In this document: piece after piece, positions 28,836-37,422 of the stretch
How positions within the stretch are numbered: the stretch's first letter is position 1
How the letters are laid out: the number at the start of each line of letters is the position of its first letter
Position numbers and translations under genes: made by a program
The notes under the pieces: generated by a model
What the model was told of the DNA's origin: nothing
Database searches by the model: none
Seen by the model: only the letters and a program-made list of their open reading frames with translations
Origin: Thermoanaerobaculia bacterium
GTDB taxonomy: Bacteria > Acidobacteriota > Thermoanaerobaculia > Multivoradales > Multivoraceae
Assembly: GCA_963664405.1 (NCBI GenBank)
Contig: OY761158.1
Coordinates: forward strand, 4,704,001-4,768,000
DNA length: 64,000 bases
Direction of reading: 5' to 3'

Positions 28836-29501
28836 GTGAACGTCAGCGAATTCATTGCCATGGCGACGAAGGGAGACGAAGCGGAGGCTCGAGCCGCGCT
28901 CGAGCAGGCTCCTGGGTTGGCGGCCGCTCGAGACCAGAACGGGGTGTCGGTCATCGGCCTGGCCGTCTACTCGGGACGGGCGGGCCTGGCTGCCGAGATC
29001 GCTGCCTCGCGTTCAGATCTCGACATCTTCGAAGCGCCCTGCGTCGGTGATGCCGAAAGGGCGCTTGCCCTGGTCGGGGGCGAGCCCGAGCTGGTCAACG
29101 CGGTGTCGCCGGATGGCTTCAGCCCACTCGGATTCTCGGCCTTCTTCGGTCATGCCGATCTTCTGGTCTCACTCATCGGCCTTGGCGCCGATGTCGATAC
29201 GCCGGCCCGCAACGGGCTGAAAGTCCGCCCTCTCCACAGCGCTGTCGCCAACTCCGATCCGGACAAGGCCAGCGCGATGGCCCGCTCTCTCCTGGCCGCC
29301 GGTGCGGCTCCAAACGCGAAGCAGCAAGGCGGCTTCACACCGCTCCAGGCCGCCGCGCTTCACGGCAATCTCGATCTGGTCCGGCTCCTCCTGGAGAACG
29401 GGGCCGATCCGGGCCTGGTCAATGAAAGCGGAGCTACCGCCGTCGATCTGGCCGAGTCCGGGGGGCACTCCGAGGTGGCCCGGCTCCTCCGGAGTTCCTA
29501 G
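28836..29501 (+). CDS. Ankyrin-repeat protein
   Basis: DGFSPLG..AFFGH, PLHSAVA, GFTPLQAAALHGN..LLENGAD. Confidence 0.9.
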   Translation: MNVSEFIAMATKGDEAEARAALEQAPGLAAARDQNGVSVIGLAVYSGRAGLAAEIAASRSDLDIFEAPCVGDAERALALVGGEPELVNAVSPDGFSPLGFSAFFGHADLLVSLIGLGADVDTPARNGLKVRPLHSAVANSDPDKASAMARSLLAAGAAPNAKQQGGFTPLQAAALHGNLDLVRLLLENGADPGLVNESGATAVDLAESGGHSEVARLLRSS

Positions 29502-29791
29502 GAGCCTGTCCGAGTCTTCGTCCTGACCGTTTCCCGGAGCGAATAGGAAGCAACGCCCGAGTGCGCCGTCCTCGGCGCCAAAGGGCAACTAGTACACGCG
29601 GCCATAAATACGGACACGTTTGGAGCGACGCTGCATCCTCTCCAGCAGCGTTGCGCTCCCTGCGGCGTACTGCCAGGTACGCCTCAGTCACGCGCCTTGC
29701 TGGCGAGGCGCTTCGCCGCTCGAAACGTACCCGTACTTATGGCCGCATGTACTAGCCGCAGGAAATGATAACAATCATTTCTGGAGGCTAG
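29498..29791 (+). repeat. Family-A repeat copy A3, interrupted by nested element B2
   Basis: CTAG-GAGCCTGTCCGAGT...GGCGCCAAAGGGCAA-CTAG[B2]CTAG-CCGCAGGAAATGAT..ATCATTTCTGGAGG-CTAG. The outer CTAGs contain the stop codons of both flanking convergent genes. Confidence 0.88.
29589..29755 (-). mobile_element. Family-B 159-bp hairpin element, copy B2 (arm type 2), nested in A3
   Basis: CTAG at 29589-29592 and 29752-29755. Arms TACACGCGGCCATAAATACGG / CCGTACTTATGGCCGCATGTA; minus-strand core AAGGCGCGTGACTGAGGCGTAC..GTACGCCGCAGGGAGCGCAACGC. Confidence 0.82.
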
Positions 29792-30291
29792 CTCAGCAGC
29801 GCCAGGAAGCGCTCTCTCCGCTCCTCATTGCCGTCCTCGACGACCGCCTGCTCCTCGAGTCGACGGATCCAGGCCGGCGGTAGGCGGCCCTGTCGGGCTC
29901 CCGCCGTGACGATGTCGCGATACCAGTCGAAGGGAACCAGTGCCGGGTCGACGGCGTTCGGCTTGGCGATGTAGGTCTCGGCTTGGAGATTCTGGGTCTC
30001 GGCCCTCAGAGTCACGACCCGACGCCGATAGCCGCTGCCCTCCGAACGATCGAGCTGCTCGAGCTCACCGGAAGAGATCTGCCACACCAGGCCCCAGACG
30101 AGGTCGGCGTCCGCCCCCGTTTGGTGGAGGTCGCACTTGCCCGAGCCGTCCGCCCCTCGTTTGTGGAACCTGAGTGCGTAGCCGCGGGCGATGGCCGCCG
30201 AGACCAACTCGGCCGAGGGCGCACGATCGCCGGCCTGCAAGCGCGAGCGCAGTAGGTTCGAGCCGTAGGCGAAGTAGAGCCGGCCGTCCAT
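29788..30291 (-). CDS. Gamma-glutamylcyclotransferase family protein
   Basis: YFAYGSNL, LRFHKRG.DGSGKC, VWGLVW, LDRSEG.GY. Confidence 0.9.
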   Translation of the reverse strand: MDGRLYFAYGSNLLRSRLQAGDRAPSAELVSAAIARGYALRFHKRGADGSGKCDLHQTGADADLVWGLVWQISSGELEQLDRSEGSGYRRRVVTLRAETQNLQAETYIAKPNAVDPALVPFDWYRDIVTAGARQGRLPPAWIRRLEEQAVVEDGNEERRERFLALLS

Positions 30292-30344
30292 GGCACCCCA
30301 GAAAACTTGACTCAGACGTCACGAGTGCGAGCTATTAGAGATAC

Positions 30345-30477
30345 CTAGGAGCGTGTCCGAGTATTGGTCCTGAGCCGTTTCCCGGAGCGAATAGGAAGCA
30401 ACGCCTGAGTGCGCCGTCCTCGGCGCCAAACAGCAACCTAGCCGCAGGAAGTGATAGCGATCACTTCCGTAGGCTAG
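30345..30477 (+). repeat. Family-A repeat copy A4
   Basis: CTAG-GAGCGTGTCCGAGTATT...GGAAGTGATAGCGATCACTTCCGTAGG-CTAG. The right CTAG holds the stop of the NHL gene. Confidence 0.9.
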
Positions 30478-31712
30478 GGCCAGAGGGCTCCCTGGTTCTT
30501 CTCTTTGATTGGGCCGAGCCCTTGGTAGACGAACTTCTGCAATCGTTTTCCCTCGTAGGTCTCGGTGGTGTAGATGTTGCCTTTCGAGTCGGTGGCGATG
30601 CTGTGGACGGCGAAGAAGAGGCCTGGCTGGCGGCCGCCGTCGCCGAAGCTGGTGAGGACTTCCATGGTCTCGCGCTCGACGATGTAGACCTTCATGTTCT
30701 GGCCGTCGGCGATGTAGAGGTACTTCTGCGCCGGGTCCCTGGAGAAGGCGATATCCCAGGTCGACCCTTGGGCGAGCGTATGGGTCGCGAAGAACGCCTC
30801 TTTGACGAAAGTGCCATCGCTCTTGAAGACCTGAACCCGGTCTGAACTGCGGTCGCAGACGTAGAGCAGGCCGTCGTTGGAGAGGTCGGCGCAGTGCACC
30901 GGAGTGCGGAACTGCTTGGCCGGGGGGTTGTCCGGACTGTAGGGACCGGTATCGACGCTGTCGTCGGGCTTCCCGCCGTAGGCTCCCCAATAGCGCTTGA
31001 GCGCGCCGGTGTCGGCGTCGAGGACGGCGACACGGCGGTTGAGGTAACCGTCGGCTACGTAGATCTCGTTGGCCTCGGGATCGAAGGAGACCTTGGCCAC
31101 ACGGCCGAAGCTCTCGGTGTCGTTGCTGTCGCGCTCGAACAACTGCCGCCCGTCCGCGTTTTTCCCGGCGGCGCGAGCCCCTGCCTTGCCCAACTGCAAT
31201 AGGAATTCTCCGTCGCGCGAGAACTTCAAGATGTGTGCGTCGGAGGGCCCGTTGCCGCCGATCCACACATTGTCCTTGTTGTCGACGACAATGCCGTGGT
31301 TGGACAGCGGCCACTCGTACTCACCACTCTCGGTCGGCCCGCCCCAATGCCCGACCAGATTGCCGTCGGGGTCGAACTCGAGAACCGGCGGAGCCGGAAC
31401 ACAGCACTCGCTGAGCGGCGGATCTTGCGCGGCGCCGATTTCGTTGTTGGCGCCGAAGAGATCAGGATTGTTGCGGTGGACGATCCAGACGTGGTCCCTC
31501 GAGTCGACCGAGACGCCGATGGCGGGGCCGAGGATCCAGTGGTTCGGCAGTGGCTTGGGCCAGAATGGGTCGACTTGGAACATCGGAGCCTGCGGTCCGC
31601 TCGCGGCCGCATCGGCGGCAGGTGCCGCTTCCCCTACGGTGTCCCCGGCGCCTCCGCAGCCGAGAGAAAGAGTGAGAAGTGTGGTGAGGGCAAGAATCTT
31701 GGTCCAGTTCAT
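30474..31712 (-). CDS. NHL-repeat beta-propeller lipoprotein (peptidyl-hydroxyglycine lyase-like)
   Basis: Lipobox LSLGC, VDPFWPKPLPNHW, YVADGYLNRRV, YVCDR..DRVQVF, HSIATDSKGNIYT.E. Confidence 0.85.
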   Translation of the reverse strand: MNWTKILALTTLLTLSLGCGGAGDTVGEAAPAADAAASGPQAPMFQVDPFWPKPLPNHWILGPAIGVSVDSRDHVWIVHRNNPDLFGANNEIGAAQDPPLSECCVPAPPVLEFDPDGNLVGHWGGPTESGEYEWPLSNHGIVVDNKDNVWIGGNGPSDAHILKFSRDGEFLLQLGKAGARAAGKNADGRQLFERDSNDTESFGRVAKVSFDPEANEIYVADGYLNRRVAVLDADTGALKRYWGAYGGKPDDSVDTGPYSPDNPPAKQFRTPVHCADLSNDGLLYVCDRSSDRVQVFKSDGTFVKEAFFATHTLAQGSTWDIAFSRDPAQKYLYIADGQNMKVYIVERETMEVLTSFGDGGRQPGLFFAVHSIATDSKGNIYTTETYEGKRLQKFVYQGLGPIKEKNQGALWP

Positions 31713-31881
31713 CTCTCGTTCGCCTTTCTCGATGCGAAGGGTCGCCATCTGCTTGGCGCCGGGACTCCTGTCGCGATCCGCAATCTGACTTGTCTGAGCG
31801 AATGACAGTATACCCGTCTCCTCGATTGGTGACACGCGATATTCTTAGTCTTCGCGAGTCTCAGAGAGCTGGACCGAAACT

Positions 31882-33255
31882 TTGTCGACAACCAGTCGTA
31901 GAAGCGTTTACGTGGGGATCTTGGCGGCGTTGGCCTCCGGGCTCCTGATCGTCGCTCTGCCTCCCTCGGCGATCGCCCACGAGGTACCGGGCGACGTGGT
32001 TGTTCGCGCCTTTGTCCGTGCCGAGGGCGAGCGGCTCCGACTCCTTGTTCGCGCTCCGCTCGAGAGCATGCAGGACATGGCCTTCGAGACCACCGGGCCC
32101 GGCTATCTGGATCTGCCGGCGGTGCGCGCCTCGGGCAAGCTAGAAGACGCGGCCAAGGTGTGGCTCGGCGACGTGATCGAGCTCTACGAAGGAGAGGCCC
32201 TCCTGCCGGACCCTGAGATCGTCGCGACTCGGATCTCGCTGCCCTCGGACCGATCCTTCGCAACCTACGAAGAGGCGTTGACGAAGATCGCGGCACCCGG
32301 GCTCCCCGAGGAGACCGACATCGTCTGGCAGCAGGCGATGCTCGACGTTCTCTTCGAGTACCCGATCCGATCGGAGGACTCCGACTTTTCGATTCGGCCC
32401 GCCCCTGCCCGGCTCGGCTTGCGGGTGACCACCATCCTCCACTTCGTCACTCCAGGCGGAGCGCTACGCACCTTCGAGCTCCATGGCGATCCCGGCCTGG
32501 TTCGTCTCGATCCTCGCTGGCACCAGGCGGCCTCGAGATTTGTCGGCCAGGGCTTCGCTCACATCCTCGGCGGGCTCGACCATCTGCTCTTCCTGGTGTG
32601 TCTGGTCATCCCCTTTCGCCGCCTACGGCCGCTGATCGCGCTGGTCACGGCCTTCACCATCGCTCACACGATTACCCTCATTGCTTCTGTCTATGGTCTG
32701 GTGCCGAAGGCTCTGTGGTTCCCGGCGCTGGTCGAGACCCTGATCGCCGCGTCGATCGTCTACATGGCTCTCGAGAACATTGTCGGCGCCGATGTGAAGC
32801 GCCGCTTCGTCGTCAGCTTCGCCTTCGGCCTGGTCCACGGCTTCGGCTTCTCCTTCGCTCTGCGTGAGTCGCTGCAATTTGCCGGCTCCCATATGGTGAC
32901 CTCTCTCCTCTCGTTCAATCTTGGCGTCGAGCTCGGTCAGATCCTGGTGCTCGTGCTTCTGGTTCCGGCGCTGAGCGGCCTGTTTCGGTATGTGGTCGCT
33001 GAGAGGATGGGGACGATCCTGCTCTCCGCCCTGGTCGCCCACACCAGCTGGCACTGGATGAGCGAGCGCGCCGGCGTGCTGAGTCAGTACCGGATCGTGC
33101 CGGCCATTGTCGATGGAGATCAGCTGGGCAGCGCCCTGCCGTGGCTGTTGCTGGCGTTGATCCTGGCTGCCCTGGCCAGACAGGGACTGCGGATCCTACG
33201 CGGCCGTCGAAACAATGAGGCGCCTGCATCGACCCCCAAAGGTCGTGTAACTTAG
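31882..33255 (+). CDS. HupE/UreJ-family membrane protein
   Basis: AHE after the signal peptide, GFAHILGGLDHLLF, TAFTIAHTITL, FGLVHGFGF, FNLGVELGQ. Confidence 0.88.
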   Translation: MSTTSRRSVYVGILAALASGLLIVALPPSAIAHEVPGDVVVRAFVRAEGERLRLLVRAPLESMQDMAFETTGPGYLDLPAVRASGKLEDAAKVWLGDVIELYEGEALLPDPEIVATRISLPSDRSFATYEEALTKIAAPGLPEETDIVWQQAMLDVLFEYPIRSEDSDFSIRPAPARLGLRVTTILHFVTPGGALRTFELHGDPGLVRLDPRWHQAASRFVGQGFAHILGGLDHLLFLVCLVIPFRRLRPLIALVTAFTIAHTITLIASVYGLVPKALWFPALVETLIAASIVYMALENIVGADVKRRFVVSFAFGLVHGFGFSFALRESLQFAGSHMVTSLLSFNLGVELGQILVLVLLVPALSGLFRYVVAERMGTILLSALVAHTSWHWMSERAGVLSQYRIVPAIVDGDQLGSALPWLLLALILAALARQGLRILRGRRNNEAPASTPKGRVT

Positions 33256-33391
33256 TCAGTCCGTGCTCGATTCCATCCAGGACACCGTTGATCGCCTCCA
33301 ACGATGCGGCTATGGCGATCGTCAGTCTTTGGCGGTGGCCTCACTCATCTTTGGCACTTTATCCTGCGAGGAGTAGAGAGCTCGGTCTCCG

Positions 33392-33418
33392 CTATACAGT
33401 CGCGACGCGACGTATTAG
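33392..33418. promoter_or_regulatory. Imperfect palindrome upstream of padR (candidate operator)
   Basis: ATAC-A-GTCGCG-A-CGCGAC-GTAT just before the PadR domain. Confidence 0.35.
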
Positions 33419-33433
33419 CATGTTTCGCGACTG

Positions 33434-33819
33434 ATGAGCCAAAGAAGAAAACGGACCCCGAGCTGTTCCTGCCGCTCAGCCCAGCGGCTTTTCACCTTCT
33501 TGTGTCGCTGGCGCGCGAGCACAAGCACGGGTGGGCGGTCCGCAAGGAGATCGAGCGTCTCACCGACGGCCGCATCCGCATGGGCACCGGCACCCTCTAC
33601 GGTTTGATCAAGCGACTGCTACGGCAGGAGCTGATCGCTGAATCCGAGCACCGGCCTCCTGAGATTTGGGACGACGAGCGGCGTCGCTACTACCGGTTGA
33701 CCGAGCTCGGCCACTCGGTGATGTTGGCTGAGGCGTCGAGGATGGAGCGTGCTCTGGCAGTGGCCGAGGAGGTCCGCAATCGACTAGTGGACGGTAACAC
33801 TCGAACGTTTAGTGGCTGA
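33434..33819 (+). CDS. PadR-family transcriptional regulator (start and C-terminus disturbed)
   Basis: LPLSPAAFHLLVSL, HGWAV, GTGTLYGLIKRL, DERRRYYRLTELG. The nearest ATG (33434) is one base out of frame and the only in-frame ATG is at 33304. The last 11 codons come from element B3. Confidence 0.8.
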
Positions 33820-33951
33820 GTGAGTCATTCGTGGTCGAGATCAAGGCGCGCTGACGCAGGCATATCGGGGACTATGTCGAGGAAGCGTAACGCAGAGATC
33901 GGCCGCGAGGGCCGCTCAGGCGCTAATCGTTTGGGTGTTACGGTCCACTAG
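33784..33951 (+). mobile_element. Family-B 160-bp hairpin element, copy B3 (arm type 3)
   Basis: CTAG-TGGACGGTAACAC...GTGTTACGGTCCA-CTAG. Differs from the reverse complement of 59307-59467 by about 4 substitutions and 1 indel. Confidence 0.9.
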
Positions 33952-33976
33952 GAGCGGCCCCCGAGCCTGAGCCGTC

Positions 33977-34990
33977 ATGAAGATCTCCGCTCGGCCACGG
34001 CTGATCGACCTGTTGCTTCGCTTGCTGCCTCGGGACTTCAGGGATCGCTTCGGTGGCGAAATGGAGTCAGCTCTCGACCAGGAGTGGAAGGCTTCGAGCG
34101 CGAACGGGAGGGCGGCCAAGCTCTCGTTCTTTTGGCGCGCGATGGGGGATCTGCTGACGACGGTTCCGAAAGAGCATTTGGCCGATCTCGGCTCGGATCT
34201 GCGCTACGCCTGGCGCACGCTGCGAAGACAGCCCCTGTTCGTCACCGCAACCGTGCTCTCACTCGCCATCGGTATTGCTGCCACGACCTCGGTTCTCGCC
34301 ATCTTCGAGGCGACCTTTGGCCGTGGAATCCCTGGCGTAGCGGGGCAGGAGGAGCTTGTCAACGTCAAGGTGAGCTCGGATTTCGAGGAGACTTTCCAGC
34401 TCACTTCCTATCCGAGCTTCCTCGATCTGCGCCAGAGCGGGGTGCTCTCGGACTTGGCCGGCTTCAGCGGCATGCGCATGAGCTGGTCGCAGTCGGAGGA
34501 GGCGATTCCGCAGCTGCTCAGTGTGCAGGCGGTGACTCCCAACTACTTCTCGGTGCTCGGGGTCTCGGCCTCGCTGGGTCGTCTATTCGACTCTGTAGAG
34601 CGGGTGGCCGGTCTGGTGACCGGTGCGCTCGGGCTGGTGGGTCTCTTTCTGACTGCCGTCGGGCTTTACGGAGTGCTCGCGCACATGGTCAGCTCACGAG
34701 CTTCCGAGATCGGTGTGCGCATGAGCCTGGGGGCGCGGCCGCGGGACATCGTGGCCATGGTGCTGCGCTCAGGCTTGAAGTTGGCGCTGCTCGGTCTCGC
34801 GCTCGGGTGGGTGGTCGCTGGGTTGGCGTCGAGGGGGCTGGTGTCTTTTCTCTACGGGCTGAGCCCTTTTGACGCGTGGACCTACGCTTCGATCGCGATC
34901 TTGCTGCTGGGAACGGCGGCGCTGGCGGGATACGTTCCGGCACGGAGAGCGACCAGGATCGATCCGCTCAGAGTCCTTCGACGGGAGTGA
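33977..34990 (+). pseudogene. ADOP-type (duplicated orphan) ABC permease with large in-frame internal deletion
   Basis: The N-terminus (FRDRFGGEM, DLRYAWRTLRRQP, SYPSFLDLR, LGRLF) joins directly at ~34595 to the last FtsX domain (GLYGVLA..EIGVRMSLGA..PARRATRIDP). It is 337 aa against the usual ~800-900. Confidence 0.8.
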
Positions 34991-35000
34991 AGCTCCCTCG

Positions 35001-35130
35001 GGATGCGCCGTCCTCGGCGCCATATTCCGCATCCGGAGGAAGTGATACCGATCACTTCCGTAGGATGCGCCGTCCTCGGCGCCATGTCATCTAGCCGTAG
35101 GAAATGATAGCCATCATTTCCGGAGGCTAG
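35001..35130 (+). repeat. Family-A partial repeat A5 (two tandem 3' modules)
   Basis: Twice TGCGCCGTCCTCGGCGCCA followed by the GGAA(G/A)TGAT..ATCA(C/T)TTCC hairpin; ends in CTAG at 35127-35130. Confidence 0.85.
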
Positions 35131-36532
35131 GCAAGGTTGGCAGGGAGCGACGCCAGCTCAGCAACTTCTCTGATAGCTGCTTGGCCAACTCGACGTTCGT
35201 AGCCGCCAGATTCGTCCGCTCATCTCCGGCTGCTTCCAGGTCGTAGAGCTCGAGGCCGCTGCCGTCGTCGTTGAGCAGCAGCTTCCAGTGACCGTCTCGA
35301 ATCGCCAGGTTGGGGCTCTGGTCCTCTTTCAGGCCCGGGCGCAGGTAAGAAGAGTCGCGGCCGTATTCCCAGAACAGAGGCTGCTTTCGGCGCTGGGGCG
35401 CTCCTAGAAGTGCCGCGCTCATGTCGACCCCATCGAGCTCCGCCTTCGGGAGGGTCACCTCGGCGATCGAACAGAAGGTCGGGAAGAGGTCGATACCCGC
35501 CATCACCGTGGTCTTGTCGACGCTCCCTTCGTCGATGGTGCCTTTCCATCGCGCAATCAGCGGCATGCGGATCCCTCCTTCATAGAGGCTCCACTTACGC
35601 CCCCGCATGCCCGCGGTGCTTCCCGGCGGGTCGAATCCTTCCTCGTAGTAGCGCGGCCACGCGCTTGGGCCGTTGTCGCTGGTCAGCACGATCAGTGTCG
35701 TGGTGGCCAGACCCTGCCGGTCGATGGCATCGATCAGTCGCCCGATCTGGTGGTCCGTCTCATCGAGTACACCGTAGAACCTTTGCAGGTATGGATTGGC
35801 CTTGAATCGCTCGTACTTCTGCAGCAGATCCGCGCGAGGCTCGTGGCGATCGTGAACGTCGTTCAGCCACAGGTGCAGATAGAACGGCCGCTCTTTGTTG
35901 CGGGTCACGAAATCAATCGAGCGGTCGACGTAGATCTCGGTCATCTTGTGCTTCGGCGTGTGGATGATCTTGCCGCGGCCCAACTCGGCGCTTGCTTCCG
36001 AGAGCCCACCCGGCGGCAGAATGCGGTCTCCCAATCCCTCGAAAGAAGTCAGCGACTCTTCGAAGCCGTAGGCTTGGGGCAGAGGGGCGTCGCCGACATC
36101 GCGGCCGCCCCCCATATGCCACTTCCCGAAGTGTGCGGTGGCGTAGCCCGATCGCTGAAACTCCCGTGCGATCGCCGGCGCGTCGGGATCGAGAAAGTCC
36201 GCCATGCCGCGCTCCCGGTTTCGCTCCCGACTGTTGAGGTAGGAGTGGATCAGGTGCCGCGACGGGTACTGCCCGGTGGTGATCCCTACCCGAGAAGGCG
36301 AACAGATCGGCGAGGCCACATAGAACTGTTCCAGTAGCAGGCCGTCTGCGGCCAGAGCATCGATGTTTGCAGTCTGGACATCCCTATTTCCGGTCAGGCT
36401 GAGGTCGCCGTAGCCCATGTCATCGATGAAGATGAAGACGATGTTTGGCCGCTCTGGCGAGCCCGCCTGTTGGCAGATCCCCGGCGGAGACAGCAGTAGC
36501 GCGAGCGCCAACAAGAGGCTTGCAGGTTTCAA
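35114..36532 (-). CDS. Sulfatase (formylglycine-dependent), secreted
   Basis: PNIVFIFIDDMGYGD, CSPSR, FGKWHMG, SDNG, KWSLYEGGIR. TTG start overlaps the upstream stop. Confidence 0.92.
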   Translation of the reverse strand: MKPASLLLALALLLSPPGICQQAGSPERPNIVFIFIDDMGYGDLSLTGNRDVQTANIDALAADGLLLEQFYVASPICSPSRVGITTGQYPSRHLIHSYLNSRERNRERGMADFLDPDAPAIAREFQRSGYATAHFGKWHMGGGRDVGDAPLPQAYGFEESLTSFEGLGDRILPPGGLSEASAELGRGKIIHTPKHKMTEIYVDRSIDFVTRNKERPFYLHLWLNDVHDRHEPRADLLQKYERFKANPYLQRFYGVLDETDHQIGRLIDAIDRQGLATTTLIVLTSDNGPSAWPRYYEEGFDPPGSTAGMRGRKWSLYEGGIRMPLIARWKGTIDEGSVDKTTVMAGIDLFPTFCSIAEVTLPKAELDGVDMSAALLGAPQRRKQPLFWEYGRDSSYLRPGLKEDQSPNLAIRDGHWKLLLNDDGSGLELYDLEAAGDERTNLAATNVELAKQLSEKLLSWRRSLPTLPSLRK

Positions 36533-37110
36533 TTGTCGGTCTCGAGCTTCTTCAGCAGATCTTCCACCTCGAGTGCTCTCGCCCACCGCGAGAGATACTC
36601 GCGGTCCATGCGTTGCCCCTGCGTCTCGTTGATGCCTTGAATGTCGCTCCACTGACGATCGGAGACTTCGCCTCCCATGCGGAACCACTGGAGCTTCCGA
36701 AGCAGAATGTCCTCGGGTGTCTTCACGAAAACGCTACGCTCCGGCTCGACTTGGACCACCTCAGCACGATGGCGCTCAAACTCGACAAGGTCGAAGGGCT
36801 CGTCGCCGCGGACAAACACGTCCACTTTGATCCCGGAGGCGAGGTGAATGAGGTTGAAACTGCCCTTTCTGGGGACGGCGAGACGCGCAGTCTCCTCGTC
36901 AACGTAGAAGGCGTGTCCCAACTTGGAGGCAAGAGCCTTCCCGTCGGAGACTGCCATCTCGACCACGAGATCGATGTCTTGTGTCTGCCGCGGAATACCA
37001 TGGATCGAGCTCGCGTAGGAGCCGCCGACATGGTAACGAAGCCCCAAGTCTTCGAGTGCCTCGATTACACGAATGGCAACCCGAAGGGCTTCGGGAAGCT
37101 CCGGGCTCAT
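36529..37110 (-). CDS. Nucleotidyltransferase-fold protein (DUF6036-like, putative toxin)
   Basis: VGGSYASSIHGIPRQTQDIDLV, KVDVF, PEDILLRKLQW..GG.VSDRQWSD. Confidence 0.82.
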   Translation of the reverse strand: MSPELPEALRVAIRVIEALEDLGLRYHVGGSYASSIHGIPRQTQDIDLVVEMAVSDGKALASKLGHAFYVDEETARLAVPRKGSFNLIHLASGIKVDVFVRGDEPFDLVEFERHRAEVVQVEPERSVFVKTPEDILLRKLQWFRMGGEVSDRQWSDIQGINETQGQRMDREYLSRWARALEVEDLLKKLETDN

Positions 37111-37406
37111 GAACCCGTGTCGACCTCGACGATGGCTTGCACTACCTGCTCGGCCTCATCGAGAGGTCCGTAGATCTCTCTCGCCAGGTCCTCTCCCAAC
37201 ACCAGGCCGAGAAGCCGGCGTCGCAAGCGATCCTTGGATTCGCCGGGATGACGCGACCGGAGACCCGTCATCGCCAATTGCCGGGCAGTGCGGTTGGCGT
37301 CCTCGACCAGCTCGACCTTCCTCCAGCTGGGCATCTTGCTGTAGATCTCGACCATCGTCGCCCGCGCTTCGGGAGAGGTGTGCGAGGTGGTGCCATGCTC
37401 GCGCAT
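37107..37406 (-). CDS. Small helical protein coupled to the nucleotidyltransferase (putative antitoxin)
   Basis: TSPEA..MP.WRK..GLRSRHP..LRRRL..LGEDLA..YG; ATGA overlap with the downstream gene. Confidence 0.72.
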   Translation of the reverse strand: MREHGTTSHTSPEARATMVEIYSKMPSWRKVELVEDANRTARQLAMTGLRSRHPGESKDRLRRRLLGLVLGEDLAREIYGPLDEAEQVVQAIVEVDTGS

Positions 37407-37422
37407 CGTTAGTCTTCCGCTC

